Assembly: GCA_963808015.1 (NCBI GenBank)
Contig: CAWEEG010000007.1
Location: 71,544 to 135,543 of the forward strand
Direction of reading: 5' to 3'
Source: an uncultured Actinomycetota bacterium
Lineage (GTDB): Bacteria; Actinomycetota; Acidimicrobiia; Spongiisociales; UBA5794
DNA: 64,000 bases
The position numbers and the translations under genes are program-made. The notes beneath the pieces are model-generated. The model was not told the origin of the DNA, ran no database searches, and worked only from the letters and a program-made list of their open reading frames with translations. Positions 1-11,914 of the stretch are shown piece after piece; position 1 is the first letter of the stretch; every line of letters starts with the position of its first letter.

Positions 1-543
1 GGCCGGATAGCCCATGGTCAGGCGCATCATGAACCGATCGAGTTGGGCCTCGGGGAGGGGGTAGGTGCCTTCGTGTTCGATCGGATTCTGCGTTGCGATC
101 ACGATGAACGGAGGTCCGAGCGTGCGGGTCGTGCCGTCGACCGTGACCTGGCGCTCCTCCATGGCTTCGAGGAGAGCAGCCTGCGTCTTCGGACTCGCCC
201 GGTTGATCTCATCCCCCAGAATGACGTTTGCAAAGACCGGACCGGGTCGGAAGATGAAGTCGCCGGCTTCGCGATCCCACACGGATACGCCGGTCACGTC
301 GGATGGGAGCAGGTCGGGGGTGAATTGGATCCGCTGGAATGAGCAGTCGATCGAGCGCGCGAGTGACTTGGCGAGAAGCGTCTTGCCGACCCCCGGAACA
401 TCCTCGATGAGGGTGTGTCCACCGGAGATCAGACACGAGGCCACGAGTTCGACCGTTTCGCGCTTGCCCTGGATCACGTGCTCGATGTTGTCCGATATGA
501 CGGCGAACTGTTCACCGAACCAGGTCAATTCCTCCGTGGTCAC
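1..543 (-). CDS. MoxR-like AAA+ ATPase, N-terminal part (gene runs off left edge)
   Basis: Reverse strand from GTG at 543 reads [61 protein letters not shown] (Walker A GVGKT), later [20 protein letters not shown]. Open to base 1; absent from the ORF track because no stop lies in the window. Confidence 0.85.
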   Translation of the reverse strand, partial: MTTEELTWFGEQFAVISDNIEHVIQGKRETVELVASCLISGGHTLIEDVPGVGKTLLAKSLARSIDCSFQRIQFTPDLLPSDVTGVSVWDREAGDFIFRPGPVFANVILGDEINRASPKTQAALLEAMEERQVTVDGTTRTLGPPFIVIATQNPIEHEGTYPLPEAQLDRFMMRLTMGYPA

Positions 544-588
544 GGGCACGCCGGGGCCTCCTCTTCGTGTCGAGACCCCCGAGCCTAG

Positions 589-945
589 ATGGGATCTGGC
601 CTTGCGGGAACAGCGGCACTTCCGCGGGTGCCGCCTGGTGAGTGCACCCTCGGCGGCGCTAGGGCGGGGTTGGGCGGGTACGCTTGCGGCCATGGAGCGT
701 CTGTGATCGACCGTGGGCTCGTTGGAGCGGTGATGCGCCGGCCCCGGCTCTGGGGGACAGCCGTCTCTGCCGCAGTGGCATTTGCTCCACGTGGATGGTG
801 GCGTACGCCCCCGTTTCTCCCCGTCCCTGACGACGAGATCATGCGGTGGCGCATTGCCACGGCGTATGGCAGCAACGACGCCGCTATTGATCCGGCAGAC
901 GTCGTGGCGTATCTTGAGTGGAGGCACCGGTCGGCTCAGGGGTAG
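589..945 (+). CDS. hypothetical protein (start uncertain: ATG 589 or ATG 733)
   Basis: 118-aa ORF. The last 70 aa ([46 protein letters not shown]...) follow a GGAG at 724-727. No family recognised. Confidence 0.4.
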   Translation: MGSGLAGTAALPRVPPGECTLGGARAGLGGYACGHGASVIDRGLVGAVMRRPRLWGTAVSAAVAFAPRGWWRTPPFLPVPDDEIMRWRIATAYGSNDAAIDPADVVAYLEWRHRSAQG

Positions 946-961
946 ATGAGGGGAGGCAGGC

Positions 962-1174
962 GTGGGTGTCGGTACGTTGCGTGACGATCTGCTGAGCCTG
1001 CCGGGCGTCGAGCAGGCAGAGATCGATGGCGACTCAGTCACTCCCGCCGGTGTCCGCGTTCGCCTCTCGCCCGGTGTGGATCCTGCCGCCATCGGCGAAG
1101 ACATTCGCAGGGTCCTGTCGCTGCACGGTCTCCGCCAGGAGATCGACGCCGCTCCCGGCGCCGGAGAGATCTGA
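962..1174 (+). CDS. hypothetical small protein
   Basis: 70-aa ORF with GTG start 5 nt after GGGAGG (951-956). No family recognised. Could be the N-terminal part of the next ORF if an indel lies near 1172. Confidence 0.45.
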   Translation: MGVGTLRDDLLSLPGVEQAEIDGDSVTPAGVRVRLSPGVDPAAIGEDIRRVLSLHGLRQEIDAAPGAGEI

Positions 1175-1175
1175 T

Positions 1176-1604
1176 GTGGTGTCGTCGAGCGAACCGGAGA
1201 CCGTGGAACTGCTCGACTCCGACGACGAGCTTCGCGAACGTGAGCCAGAGGTGCCGGAGACGCCGGCACGAACCGATGAAGGCCTCGATTGGGTGAGCGT
1301 GACAGAAGGGCGCGACGGCATCATGGTGACCGCCGCCAGCCGGTCGGACGAAGTCACGGTCTTCACGGCTGGATTCTCGGAGCATGCGATCGATCAAGCG
1401 GTTGTGTCGGCCGTGGCCAAACTGGCCCTGACTGCATCTGTCCCGTTGATCTGTTCGCTCGATGAGCGTGACCTGGCAGGGACCCTGGTGGTGACCGTCG
1501 TTCTCGAAGAGAGCGGTCGGCGTTTGGCTGGATCCGCCGTGGTCGAGGGAGGCCGTGCCTACGCCGTGGGGCGCGCCGTCTGGACGGCGCTCTCGACACG
1601 CTGA
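1176..1604 (+). CDS. hypothetical protein, acidic N-terminus
   Basis: Frame of ORF 1026..1604. First plausible start is GTG 1176, directly after the stop of the preceding ORF. No family recognised. Confidence 0.4.
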   Translation: MVSSSEPETVELLDSDDELREREPEVPETPARTDEGLDWVSVTEGRDGIMVTAASRSDEVTVFTAGFSEHAIDQAVVSAVAKLALTASVPLICSLDERDLAGTLVVTVVLEESGRRLAGSAVVEGGRAYAVGRAVWTALSTR

Positions 1605-2182
1605 GAACCCTGCGGCATCAACTGGACGATCACGTCCGCGCCAACCGGCTCCACTTTCGGCGCCGGTGCACTGTCCGCTTCTCGTGGCTGAGGGGCCTCA
1701 CCGAACTCCTTGTGAAACTCGCCAACTTTGGTGATCACATCGCGTACGACGAGGCGCGTGTGGTCGTCGGGGACCTCGAGCAGCTCGTTGTGGTCGAGCT
1801 CGTTCGTCGAGACGATCGTGAGGCCAAGACCCCGCAGGTGGTCGAGCATGATCTCCTGGGTGACCTTGTCGGGGGAGAGCACCGACAGATCGGACACGAC
1901 CAAGGCGTCGGCATTGCCGGAACGTGCGATGTCGAGGAGCGCCCGGTATCCGTCGCGGCCAAGGGGATCAGACGGGTCGCGGCCGTCCTGGCACGTCGCA
2001 ATGAGATGGTGGCCGGCGTCTGCGGCCCATCGGCGCACGCGCTCGCTCTGAGCGAATGCGGTCTCGCCCTCTGTGAGGCTTGGTGCCTCCCGTACATACC
2101 CGACGACGCGCACGCCTACTCCAGCGCTCTCGACGTTGCTGCCCGCCTCGAGTATGACACGGTGACACTGAGTGGTCAACAA
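1559..2182 (-). CDS. resolvase/invertase-like (serine-recombinase catalytic-domain-like) protein without recognisable HTH
   Basis: VRVVGYVRE...SERVRRWAADAGHHLIATCQD...GRDGYRALLDIARSGNADALVVSDLSVLSPDKVTQEIMLDHLRGLGLTIVSTNE resembles the resolvase N-terminal domain. The usual Y-x-R-V-S-T-x-x-Q serine motif is not conserved. Alternative start GTG 2113. Confidence 0.45.
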   Translation of the reverse strand: MLTTQCHRVILEAGSNVESAGVGVRVVGYVREAPSLTEGETAFAQSERVRRWAADAGHHLIATCQDGRDPSDPLGRDGYRALLDIARSGNADALVVSDLSVLSPDKVTQEIMLDHLRGLGLTIVSTNELDHNELLEVPDDHTRLVVRDVITKVGEFHKEFGEAPQPREADSAPAPKVEPVGADVIVQLMPQGSQRVESAVQTARPTA

Positions 2183-2242
2183 CCTTCACTGAGTAGTCGC
2201 CCGCCGGTCGGTGTGAACGAGCCGTGCTGGTAGCCTCTGCGC

Positions 2243-2737
2243 ATGCCTCGGGCACTTGTACTCAACGCCAGCCTCGAGCCGCTTTCGGTGGTTCCGGTCC
2301 GCCGTGCACTGGTGCTGGTCCTGCGTGATCGCGCCGATGTGCTCGCCACCAACGGTGCGATCTGGCGTTCGGAGACCGTGGCCATGCCGTCACCGTCCGT
2401 GGTCCGCCTCCGTCGATACGTCCGCGTGCCGTATCAGCGACGGATACCCGTCAATCGTCGCACCGTGTTTCAGCGAGACGGCCACCGGTGTCAATACTGC
2501 GGGCGTCAAGCAGAGAATCTCGACCATGTCGTGCCGAGGTCGCAGGGTGGTGAACACTCCTGGCTGAACGTGGTAGCGGCATGCCGCCGATGCAACACCA
2601 AGAAGGGTGGACGAACACCGGCCGAAGCCGGCCTCACGCTCGTCGCGAAGCCGCGGCTGCCCCGGCCCGACACATGGGTGTCCGCGGCGCTCGGGGGAGT
2701 GGTCGACCCCGGGTGGGAACCCTACGTCACGGCGTAG
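2243..2737 (+). CDS. HNH endonuclease
   Basis: 164 aa. HNH core RDGHRCQYCGRQAENLDHVVPRSQGGEHSWLNVVAACRRCNTKK. Confidence 0.85.
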   Translation: MPRALVLNASLEPLSVVPVRRALVLVLRDRADVLATNGAIWRSETVAMPSPSVVRLRRYVRVPYQRRIPVNRRTVFQRDGHRCQYCGRQAENLDHVVPRSQGGEHSWLNVVAACRRCNTKKGGRTPAEAGLTLVAKPRLPRPDTWVSAALGGVVDPGWEPYVTA

Positions 2738-3251
2738 CGGAGCGGATCAGGAGGACGGGTTTCGGTGATCGCCGGACGATCTTGGTGCCCGTGGAGCCGA
2801 GGAGTCCCTGAAAGAGCCCTTGGCCGTGGGAGCCGATCACCACAACTTCGGCGTCGAGGGCAACGAGCTGCTCGATAATCGTCGACGCCACATTCTCGCT
2901 CTCGACGACGCGAGCATCCGTCTCGATGCCCCGCTCCTCGAGGGTGCGAACGAGCGGAGCCGTGTTCTGCTGGAGTTTGTCTCCGAGATACCGTTCGATC
3001 AGCGCATCGTCTCCCGGCCAGCCGGTTGGACCTTCCTGGTGAACCTTCGGAGTCTCGACGTACGTGTAGTCCGCAACGACGTTGGGACCGTCCTCGACGC
3101 TCCAGTGAGAACGAACGTCGTTGAGGAACGCACGAGGGACCTCGACAACCGTCAGCACGGTCACCCGACCGTCGGATCCGGCCAATGTGGCGGCGAAATC
3201 TGCCGCGGCTGCCGTCTCTATCTCCCCGTCGGTTGCGACGAGTACGTGCAT
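2727..3251 (-). CDS. universal stress protein (UspA family)
   Basis: 174 aa. MHVLVATDG... and C-terminal VVVIGSHGQGLFQGLLGSTGTKIVRRSPKPVLLIR (USP ATP-binding-type motif). Confidence 0.8.
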   Translation of the reverse strand: MHVLVATDGEIETAAAADFAATLAGSDGRVTVLTVVEVPRAFLNDVRSHWSVEDGPNVVADYTYVETPKVHQEGPTGWPGDDALIERYLGDKLQQNTAPLVRTLEERGIETDARVVESENVASTIIEQLVALDAEVVVIGSHGQGLFQGLLGSTGTKIVRRSPKPVLLIRSATP

Positions 3252-3429
3252 GGTCCCTCCTCCGGGTGGCGTTCGTAGGCTAGTGCTCTGACCCCAACCT
3301 TTGAGGTGTTCTGCCGGCCGGGAACTCTGCTCGCAGCGTCCTCGATGCCGTCACGACTGCGCCTTCGTCTCGTGTCCTTGCGATCAGAGTCCCTGACTCG
3401 ACATCGACACCCCGAACGAGGTCAGAGCA

Positions 3430-4203
3430 CTAGACCGTCAAGCCGGCCTCACGCCCGATCTCGATGAGGGCCGGCGTCTCGATCCCGGCCATTCGTGCAT
3501 GTTTGATCGCTCGCTCGAGTCGTCGCGGTGCACTGCGGCCGGTGGTCCCGTGATCGGGATCTCCCCGAAAGGCCTCGAGCATGCCGGCGGTCGCTCGCTC
3601 CCGATCCACGGGGTACCCAACGAGCCAATCCTGGATGTCGAGGACCTCCGATCCCACCGCGGTGGCCAGATCGTGGTGATCGTCCCACAACGCGGCGACC
3701 GTCCCGCCGGTTCGCAGTCCGGCGATGTTTGCCGTGAGGATGTAGAGGTTCTTTGCGACCAGCGCATCGATCAGCGTTTCGTCTGCGATCACCTCGGCCG
3801 CGATGTCGATCGAGGTCAGCGCCTCGACGAGCATCCCGGCGTGTGGTCCGGCGATCGGAGTCGGGATGATGACTCGCGTCGCTCGACCCGGCTTCTTCTC
3901 GAACCACACGACCGCGACGGTTGGGGACTCGATCCCGTGCCGAATCCAATCGCGGGGGAGGAGTTCGTTTTGGATCAGCCCGACCCGTGAACGCCACGCC
4001 TCGGGCAGCCCTTCGAGTACCGGGTCGAGATCGTCTTCGCCGACGGTGATCAACGCAAGCGCCGGTTCAGGGTTTTGCGCGAACGCGTCCGCCGCCGGGG
4101 TTGAGCGAAGCGCCGGGAAGACGGGGTGGCCGGTCCGCAGGAGGGCGTGCGAGAACACCGCACCCATCTCGCCGACCCCAACAATGGTGATGGTGTTGTT
4201 CAT
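3430..4203 (-). CDS. NAD(P)-binding oxidoreductase, ketopantoate-reductase-like
   Basis: Internal ATG 4203 gives MNNTITIVGVGEMGAVFSHALLRTGHPV (Rossmann GxGxxG). The 82 codons upstream in the 339-aa ORF overlap the mraZ promoter region and look non-coding. Family assignment is tentative. Confidence 0.6.
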   Translation of the reverse strand: MNNTITIVGVGEMGAVFSHALLRTGHPVFPALRSTPAADAFAQNPEPALALITVGEDDLDPVLEGLPEAWRSRVGLIQNELLPRDWIRHGIESPTVAVVWFEKKPGRATRVIIPTPIAGPHAGMLVEALTSIDIAAEVIADETLIDALVAKNLYILTANIAGLRTGGTVAALWDDHHDLATAVGSEVLDIQDWLVGYPVDRERATAGMLEAFRGDPDHGTTGRSAPRRLERAIKHARMAGIETPALIEIGREAGLTV

Positions 4204-4253
4204 GGCGCACAGGGTACCGGCGGGGGCGCGGGGAGCAGGTGGGGGCGAAAGAG

Positions 4254-5845
<1,592 letters not shown>

Positions 5846-5851
5846 CAGCCG

Positions 5852-6190
5852 GTGCAATTCCCACGGTCTGCGGCTCGGCATGCAGGGCGACGGACGAAGT
5901 CTCGCCCGGTCGTCCGACCGCTGGTGATCTTCATCCTTGCCGTCACCATCGCGTTCTTCGCCGTGATCTACTCACGTATCTCATTGGATCGCACCGCGTT
6001 CGAACTGCAACTCCTCGACCGCGAGATCGCTGCTGAAGAGGAGCGGCATTGGGATCTCCGCGCGGAGTACGCCCGACTGCAGGCGCCCGACCGGATCACA
6101 GAGAGGGCCGCCGAACTCGGACTCGTCTACCCGGACGATCGCCAGGCGATCGAGGTCACGGGGATTCGAGCGCGTGGTCGGCGGCCCTGA
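5852..6190 (+). CDS. ftsL: cell division protein FtsL-like (septum formation initiator)
   Basis: 112 aa. One TM (VVRPLVIFILAVTIAFFAVIY) followed by a coiled coil. Conserved position between rsmH and ftsI. Confidence 0.65.
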   Translation: MQFPRSAARHAGRRTKSRPVVRPLVIFILAVTIAFFAVIYSRISLDRTAFELQLLDREIAAEEERHWDLRAEYARLQAPDRITERAAELGLVYPDDRQAIEVTGIRARGRRP

Positions 6191-6318
6191 GGATCGTTGG
6201 ATGGATTTGAGAGCGCTGTTCGTGGAGCAGCCGTGATACCAGGGGAGGGGAACGATGCTCAGGCCGAACGCTGGCGGCCAAGCGCCCGACCACCATGACA
6301 CGCTGAGGGTGGCCTGAC

Positions 6319-8063
6319 ATGAGCCGAACGTCCTTTCGATTCGGGGACCTTCGCGTTGTTGCGCTGGGTCTGGTGTTCATACTCGCGTGGGCAGGCATCG
6401 GGTACCGCCTCTTCCAGGTGCAGGGTGCCGATGCCGCCGTTCTCGCTCAACGAGGTTTCGACCAACGGATCCGTCATGAGACCATCGAGGCGAAGCGGGG
6501 AACGATCTTCGATCGCGACGGGGTCGAGTTGGCGCTCACCGTCTACGGGAAGGCGCTCATCGCCGATCCCAGCCTCGTCGAGGACCCGAGCGAGGCCGCC
6601 GCGTTGCTCGCTCCAGTCCTCGGCGCCGACTACGTGGAGCTCGCCCAACGACTCGATTCCGACGAGCGATTCGCGTACGTGGCGCGCGGTCTCGAGAACG
6701 ACGTCGTCCAGCGAGCCGCGAAGGTGATCGAGGAGGCCGATCTCATGGGATTCTCCTTCGAGGAAGCCCCGCTTCGCATCTATCCGTCGGGTGGCCTCGC
6801 TGCACCGGTGATCGGGCTGACCCAGTTCGAAGACGGGGCAGGAATCGAAGGGATCGAGTCGGTGATGGACACGGAACTGTCAGGTCGACCCGGCAAACGC
6901 GTCGTCGAACGCGACCAGGCGGGGACGGGCAATCCCGCAGGCGGAGTTCCTCCTCGAGGCCGCTACTCCGGGGTCCGACGTCATCCTGACGCTCGATCGT
7001 GAGATTCAGTACGTCGCCGAACGTTCGCTGCAAGAAGCGATCGACAGCACCGGCGCGCTTGGGCGGGATCCGTCGTCGTCATGGACCCCGAGACCGGTGA
7101 GATCCTCGCCATGGTCTCACTTCCCGGCTTCAACGGCATGGATCGATCGACGCTCGACCCTTCGGCTATCCGCAATCGTGCGGTGTCGGATGTATACGAA
7201 CCCGGCTCTACCCTGAAGGTCGTGGCCGTTGCCGCCGCCCTCGAAGAAGGCGTCGTTCGGCCCGTCAACACCGTTCGAGACTCCGCACGGAGATCGAGGT
7301 GGTAGGTGAGACGTATACCGACCACGGCAGCCACCCGTCCGTCATGACCGTGACGGACATCGTTGCTCAATCCTCGAACGTGGGAACAATCAAGATTCAG
7401 GATCAACTCGGTGACGACACGCACTATCGGTACCTCGACGCATTCGGTCTCGGGCGTCCGGCGTCGATCGACTTCCGCGGCGAGGCGACCGGCAGACTCG
7501 ACCACGTGAGTGAGTGGTGCGGACCCGCCTGTGGGGCTTCCGCAGCGATCGGATACGGCATCGGCGCCACGACGCTGCAGATGGCTGCGGTGTACGCCAC
7601 GCTCGCCAACGACGGCGAGTGGGTCGAGCCTCATGTGGTCAGCGAGATCGTGGCTCCCGACGGCGACACGATCACAACAGAGGCAAGGCGGCGCCAGGTG
7701 ATCTCGGCTGAGACGGCCCAGACGATGCGCTCGATGCTGCGCGGCGTCGTCGAAGTGGGCACGGGATTTCGCGCCGACATCGAGGAGTTCCCCGTCGGAG
7801 GCAAGACCGGGACATCGGACAAGTTCGATGTCGAGACCGGCGAGTACAGCGAAACGGAGACCATCGCCTGGTTCATCGGCATCGCGCCCATCGACGATCC
7901 GTCGATTGTGGCGGCGGTTGTGCTCGACACGCCGACCGGAACGCTCCCGGATGACACTGAACTGAAGTTCGGCGGCGCATCAGCTGCGCCGGTCTTCGCC
8001 GAGATCGTCGAAGCCGCCCTCCACCAACTCGGGGTGTCTCCCGCCCACGACGACGATGCGTGA
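6319..8063 (+). CDS. ftsI: penicillin-binding protein 3 / FtsI transpeptidase, frame-disrupted as assembled (at least 4 breaks)
   Basis: Frame 1 6319-~6925 (TM plus PBP dimerisation domain). Frame 2 ~6929-7060 (AIPQAEFLLEAATPGSDVILTLDREIQYVAERSL). Frame 1 7066-~7270 (GSVVVMDPETGEILAM, EPGSTLK = SxxK). Frame 3 to 8063 (SSN = SxN; GGKTGTS = KTG). Confidence 0.85.
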
Positions 8064-9521
8064 CTCGCTCCGACTCTCCGAGATCGCGGCTCGCCTGCGC
8101 GGTGGTGCCGGATCGCAGGCGCCGATCCTCTGATCACCGGTGTGACACACGACTCGCGAGCGGTCGGGCCGCGGCGACCTCTTCGTCGCCATCCCCGGGG
8201 CGGTGGTCGACGGTCATGACTATGTCGACCGCGCGCTTGCGGCCGGCGCCGCTGCCGTGGCGGTCGAACGCGACATGGAGTGTCCGAGTCGGATCGTCGT
8301 GCCGAACGCGCGTGCGGCACTTCCGTGGCTCGCGGCAGCGGTGTACGGAGATCCATCGCGGCACCTCCCGGTGGTCGGGGTCACCGGGACCAACGGCAAG
8401 ACCACCGTGACATACCTTGCTCGAACAATCGTCATCGCCTCGGGCCGGACGCCCGGTGTGGTCGGCACCATCGGAGCGAGAATCGGCCAGACCGAGGAGC
8501 CGGTGGCCAGGACGACACCGGAGGCATCCGACCTCCAGCGCCTCCTTGCCGAGATGATCGACGCAGGCGTCGATGTCGCCGCCATCGAAGTCTCGAGCCA
8601 CGCTCTCAGCCTCCATCGGGTGGATGCCGTCCGATTCCGGGTTGTGGCGTTCACGAACCTGATGCAGGACCATCTTGACTTCCACGGCGACATGGATCGC
8701 TACTTCGCAGCAAAGGCATCGCTGTTCACGCAGATCGAGCCGACCACGCCGTGATCGGTGTGGATGACGAAGCCGGCAGGGAGATCGCTGCGTCAACGGC
8801 TGTAGCCGCAACCACCGTGTCCTTGGACGGCGATGCTGATATCACCGCGTCCTCGCATCGAGGAGTCGTTCGACGGATCGTCGTTCTCGATGAACACCCC
8901 GGCTGGGGGCTTCCCCGCCCATCTCCCGATTCCCGGCAGGTTCAATGTCCACAACGCCCTCGTCGCCGGGGCGATCGCCCTCGAGCTCGGGATCGATGCT
9001 GAAACGGTGGTTCGCGGCCTTGCGTCGGCAACGAAGATCCCCGGTCGATTCGAGCGCATCGCGGACGGTGACGGTCCCGCCGTAGTCGTCGACTACGCCC
9101 ACACGCCCGACGCGATCGAAGCTGTCGTTGGAGGCGCTCGGCATCTCTCCACCGGCCGCATCATCGTCATCCTCGGCGCCGGAGGTGATCGCGATCGAGA
9201 GAAGAGGCCGGCGATGGGCAGAGCAGCCGGCTCCGCAGATCTCGTGATCCTCACGTCAGACAATCCTCGCTCGGAGGATCCGAACGTGATCCTGGCGTCC
9301 GTTCGGTCGGGGATGGAAGCGTCCACGGTTGTCGTCGAAGAACTCGATCGCCGCCGTGCAATCCGCCGCGGCCTCGAGGTTCGCCGGTCCGGACGACCTC
9401 GTGCTGGTTCTCGGAAAAGGCCACGAGACCGGCCAGGAGATCGCCGGTCGGATCGAGCCGTTCGACGACCGCGCCGTCGCTCTCGAAGAACTGCGGCGCT
9501 CGCTCGGAGGAGTCCGCATGA
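8056..9521 (+). CDS. murE: UDP-N-acetylmuramoyl-tripeptide synthetase MurE, frame-disrupted as assembled (at least 5 breaks); 3' end inferred
   Basis: ATG 8056 [16 protein letters not shown] (frame 1). [14 protein letters not shown] (frame 3, ~8127-8170). [34 protein letters not shown] (frame 1 to 8754). Frame 3 8751-~8850. Frame 1 to ~9365 ([21 protein letters not shown]). Frame 2 ([16 protein letters not shown]). A stop appears only in frame 3 (TGA 9519-9521, ATGA overlap with murF). Confidence 0.8.
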
Positions 9522-10853
9522 AGGGCCCGCTCAACTGGACTCTTGCCACGATTGCGGCCGCGACCGGCGGAGTCATCGACGGCGAACCCACGATGCCGGT
9601 TCGCAGCTATCTCAACCGACTCACGGAACGTCGAACCGGGAGCCGTGTTCGTTGCACTCCGCGGAGCGCACCACGATGGACACGACCATGCCGCAGATGC
9701 AGTCTCAGAAGGTGCCGTTGCAGCGCTCGTTGAATACGGCACCCATCCGAATCTCGTGCCCCGGATCGATGTCGAGGACACCTCGGAAGCTCTGCGCGAC
9801 CTGGCGGTCCATCGCAGGAGTGAACTCGATCTGCCCGTCGTGGCGGTGACGGGATCGACCGGCAAGACTTCCACGAAGGACCTGCTTGCCGCGGCAATTC
9901 CGGGGGCGTGGGCCTCACCTCGCTCGTACAACAACGAGGTCGGGGTCCCCCTTACCGTCCTGTCGACACCGAACGATGCAGAGGCCCTGGTGATCGAAGT
10001 GGGATCGCGAGGCCGCGGACACATTCGGTGGCTCATGCCCGCGATCCTCCCATCGGTCGGTGTCATCACGAACCTCGGTCTTGTCCACCTCGAGACCTTT
10101 GGCTCTCGAGACGCCATTGCCGATGGGAAATGGGAGCTGATCGAAGGGCTGTCCGCAGGGGGGACAGCCGTTCTGCCCGATGACGAACCGCGACTGCAGC
10201 GGCCACACCCTGGTCCCACCGTGACGTTCGGAACAACGCAGAACGCTTCCGTGAGGATCGCCGATCTCTCAACCGACGAAGAGGGTCGCCCATCGTTTGT
10301 ACTCCACAGGCAGGGCCATTCGTTCGCCGTTTCCCTGCGCATGTCGGGTTCCCACAACGCTGCGAATGCCGCTGCAGCTCTTGCTGCGTCAACAGCGATC
10401 GGAGTTGCCCCCGAGGTGGCGATCGGCGGCATGGCGACGGCTGTCGGATCCGCCTGGAGGATGGAGATCCGTGCCGGGCGGTACACCGTCGTCAACGACT
10501 CCTACAACGCAAACCCGACCTCGATGGCAGCCGCCTTGCAGACGGCGGCATCGATGCCGGGCCGTTGTTACGCCGTGCTCGGTGAGATGGCCGAACTCGG
10601 GGACATGACCGACGCAGAACACGAGCGGATCGGGCGGCTGGCGACCGAACTCGGGATCGAATACGTCGTGACGGTTGGATCGGACCACGGTCTTGCCGAG
10701 GCGGCGGGTGGCCTCAACGTCGGGAGTTCGGGGGAGGCCTTGGACTGGGTTCGCGAGCGGGTTGGTGATGGCGACATCGTGCTAGTCAAGGCATCTCGAT
10801 CTGTCGGCCTTGAACAGGTTGCGGATCGGCTGACTGAGGAGGCCCTCTTGTGA
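9518..10853 (+). CDS. murF: UDP-N-acetylmuramoyl-tripeptide--D-alanyl-D-alanine ligase MurF, one frame break near 9600-9607
   Basis: ATG 9518 [30 protein letters not shown] (frame 2), then [42 protein letters not shown] (frame 3) to stop 10853. Confidence 0.85.
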
Positions 10854-11914
10854 TCCAACTCCTCATTGCCGCAACCATCTCATTCGCTTTCACCATCTTC
10901 GTGACGCCAATCGCGATTCGCGTGTTTCGTGCGAGAAACATCGGACAGTTCATCCAGGAGGATGTTCAGGGGCACATGCACAAGCGGGGCACACCGACCA
11001 TGGGTGGTGTTGTCATCATCTTCGGAGCGTTGCTCGGATACGCAGGAGCGCACTTGCGCCTCTTCACACTCGGCGAAGGCGTCGATTTCCGGATGTACCC
11101 GTTCACCCCGGAAGGGCTGCTCGCCGTATTGGCCTTCGTCGGGATGGGCTTGATCGGCTTTCTCGACGACTTCACGAAGTACGCGAGGAAGCACAACCAG
11201 GGCCTCTCGAAACGCTGGAAGTTTCTCGGGCAGCTAGCGGTCGCCGGGACGTTCGCATGGGGAGCGCAGCGGATCGGAGTCTCGACGGAGCTCTCCTTCG
11301 TTCGGCCGCTCGGAATCGATCTCGGGCCGATCCTCTACTTCGTTCTCGTCCTATTCATGCTGACGGCCGCGGCCAATGCTGTGAACCTGACCGACGGACT
11401 CGATGGTCTCGTTGCCGGATCGGCCTCTCTGGTGGTTGGTGCCTATGTCCTTATTGCGTTCTGGCAGTTCAGGAATATCGCGGTGTACTTCGTCGACATC
11501 AATGGGGCGCTCGACCTTGCTCGATTCGCGGCAGCGGTGGCCGGTGCAGCGCTCGGATTCCTGTGGTGGAACGCCGCACCGGCGAAGATCTTCATGGGAG
11601 ACACGGGTTCACAGGCCTTCGGCGGTGCCCTCGCCGCGCTTGCGCTGCTCACCAACACGCAGTTGCTGCTCATCCTGCTCGGCGGCCTGTACGTCGTTGA
11701 GACGCTGTCGGTGATCGGCCAGGTCTTCACCTTCCGCGTCTTCGGCCGCCGAATCCTGCGGATGGCGCCGATCCACCACCACTTCGAGCTCAAGGGCTGG
11801 CCGGAGACCACCGTGATTATCCGATTCTGGATCCTGACCGGCATCGCCGTCGCGCTCGGCGTTGGTGTTTTCTACGCCGACTTCCTGAACGCTACGGGAG
11901 GTGGATCGCCGTGA
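10850..11914 (+). CDS. mraY: phospho-N-acetylmuramoyl-pentapeptide transferase MraY
   Basis: Intact 354 aa with GTGA overlap with murF. HKRGTPTMGG, DDFTK, NAVNLTDGLDGL, GDTGSQAFGG. Multi-TM. Confidence 0.95.
   Translation: MIQLLIAATISFAFTIFVTPIAIRVFRARNIGQFIQEDVQGHMHKRGTPTMGGVVIIFGALLGYAGAHLRLFTLGEGVDFRMYPFTPEGLLAVLAFVGMGLIGFLDDFTKYARKHNQGLSKRWKFLGQLAVAGTFAWGAQRIGVSTELSFVRPLGIDLGPILYFVLVLFMLTAAANAVNLTDGLDGLVAGSASLVVGAYVLIAFWQFRNIAVYFVDINGALDLARFAAAVAGAALGFLWWNAAPAKIFMGDTGSQAFGGALAALALLTNTQLLLILLGGLYVVETLSVIGQVFTFRVFGRRILRMAPIHHHFELKGWPETTVIIRFWILTGIAVALGVGVFYADFLNATGGGSP

Noticed and set aside
9480-9525. Natural murE-murF fusion, since there is no stop between them in frame 2.
   Set aside because: A TGA overlapping the murF ATG (ATGA, 9518-9521) exists in frame 3, the coupling used throughout this cluster. 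Given the indel density, one more unseen frameshift near 9495 is more parsimonious than a fusion.
9251-10495. 414-aa minus-strand ORF opposite murE/murF. Similar long antisense ORFs occur at 7631..8356, 13274..14098, 13996..15072, 15485..16495, 22094..23500, 26112..26975, 32098..33285, 52105..53622 and 53504..54421.
   Set aside because: They lie antisense to strongly conserved genes and have Arg/Pro/Ser-rich composition with no recognisable motifs. These are the high-GC shadow ORFs expected by chance.
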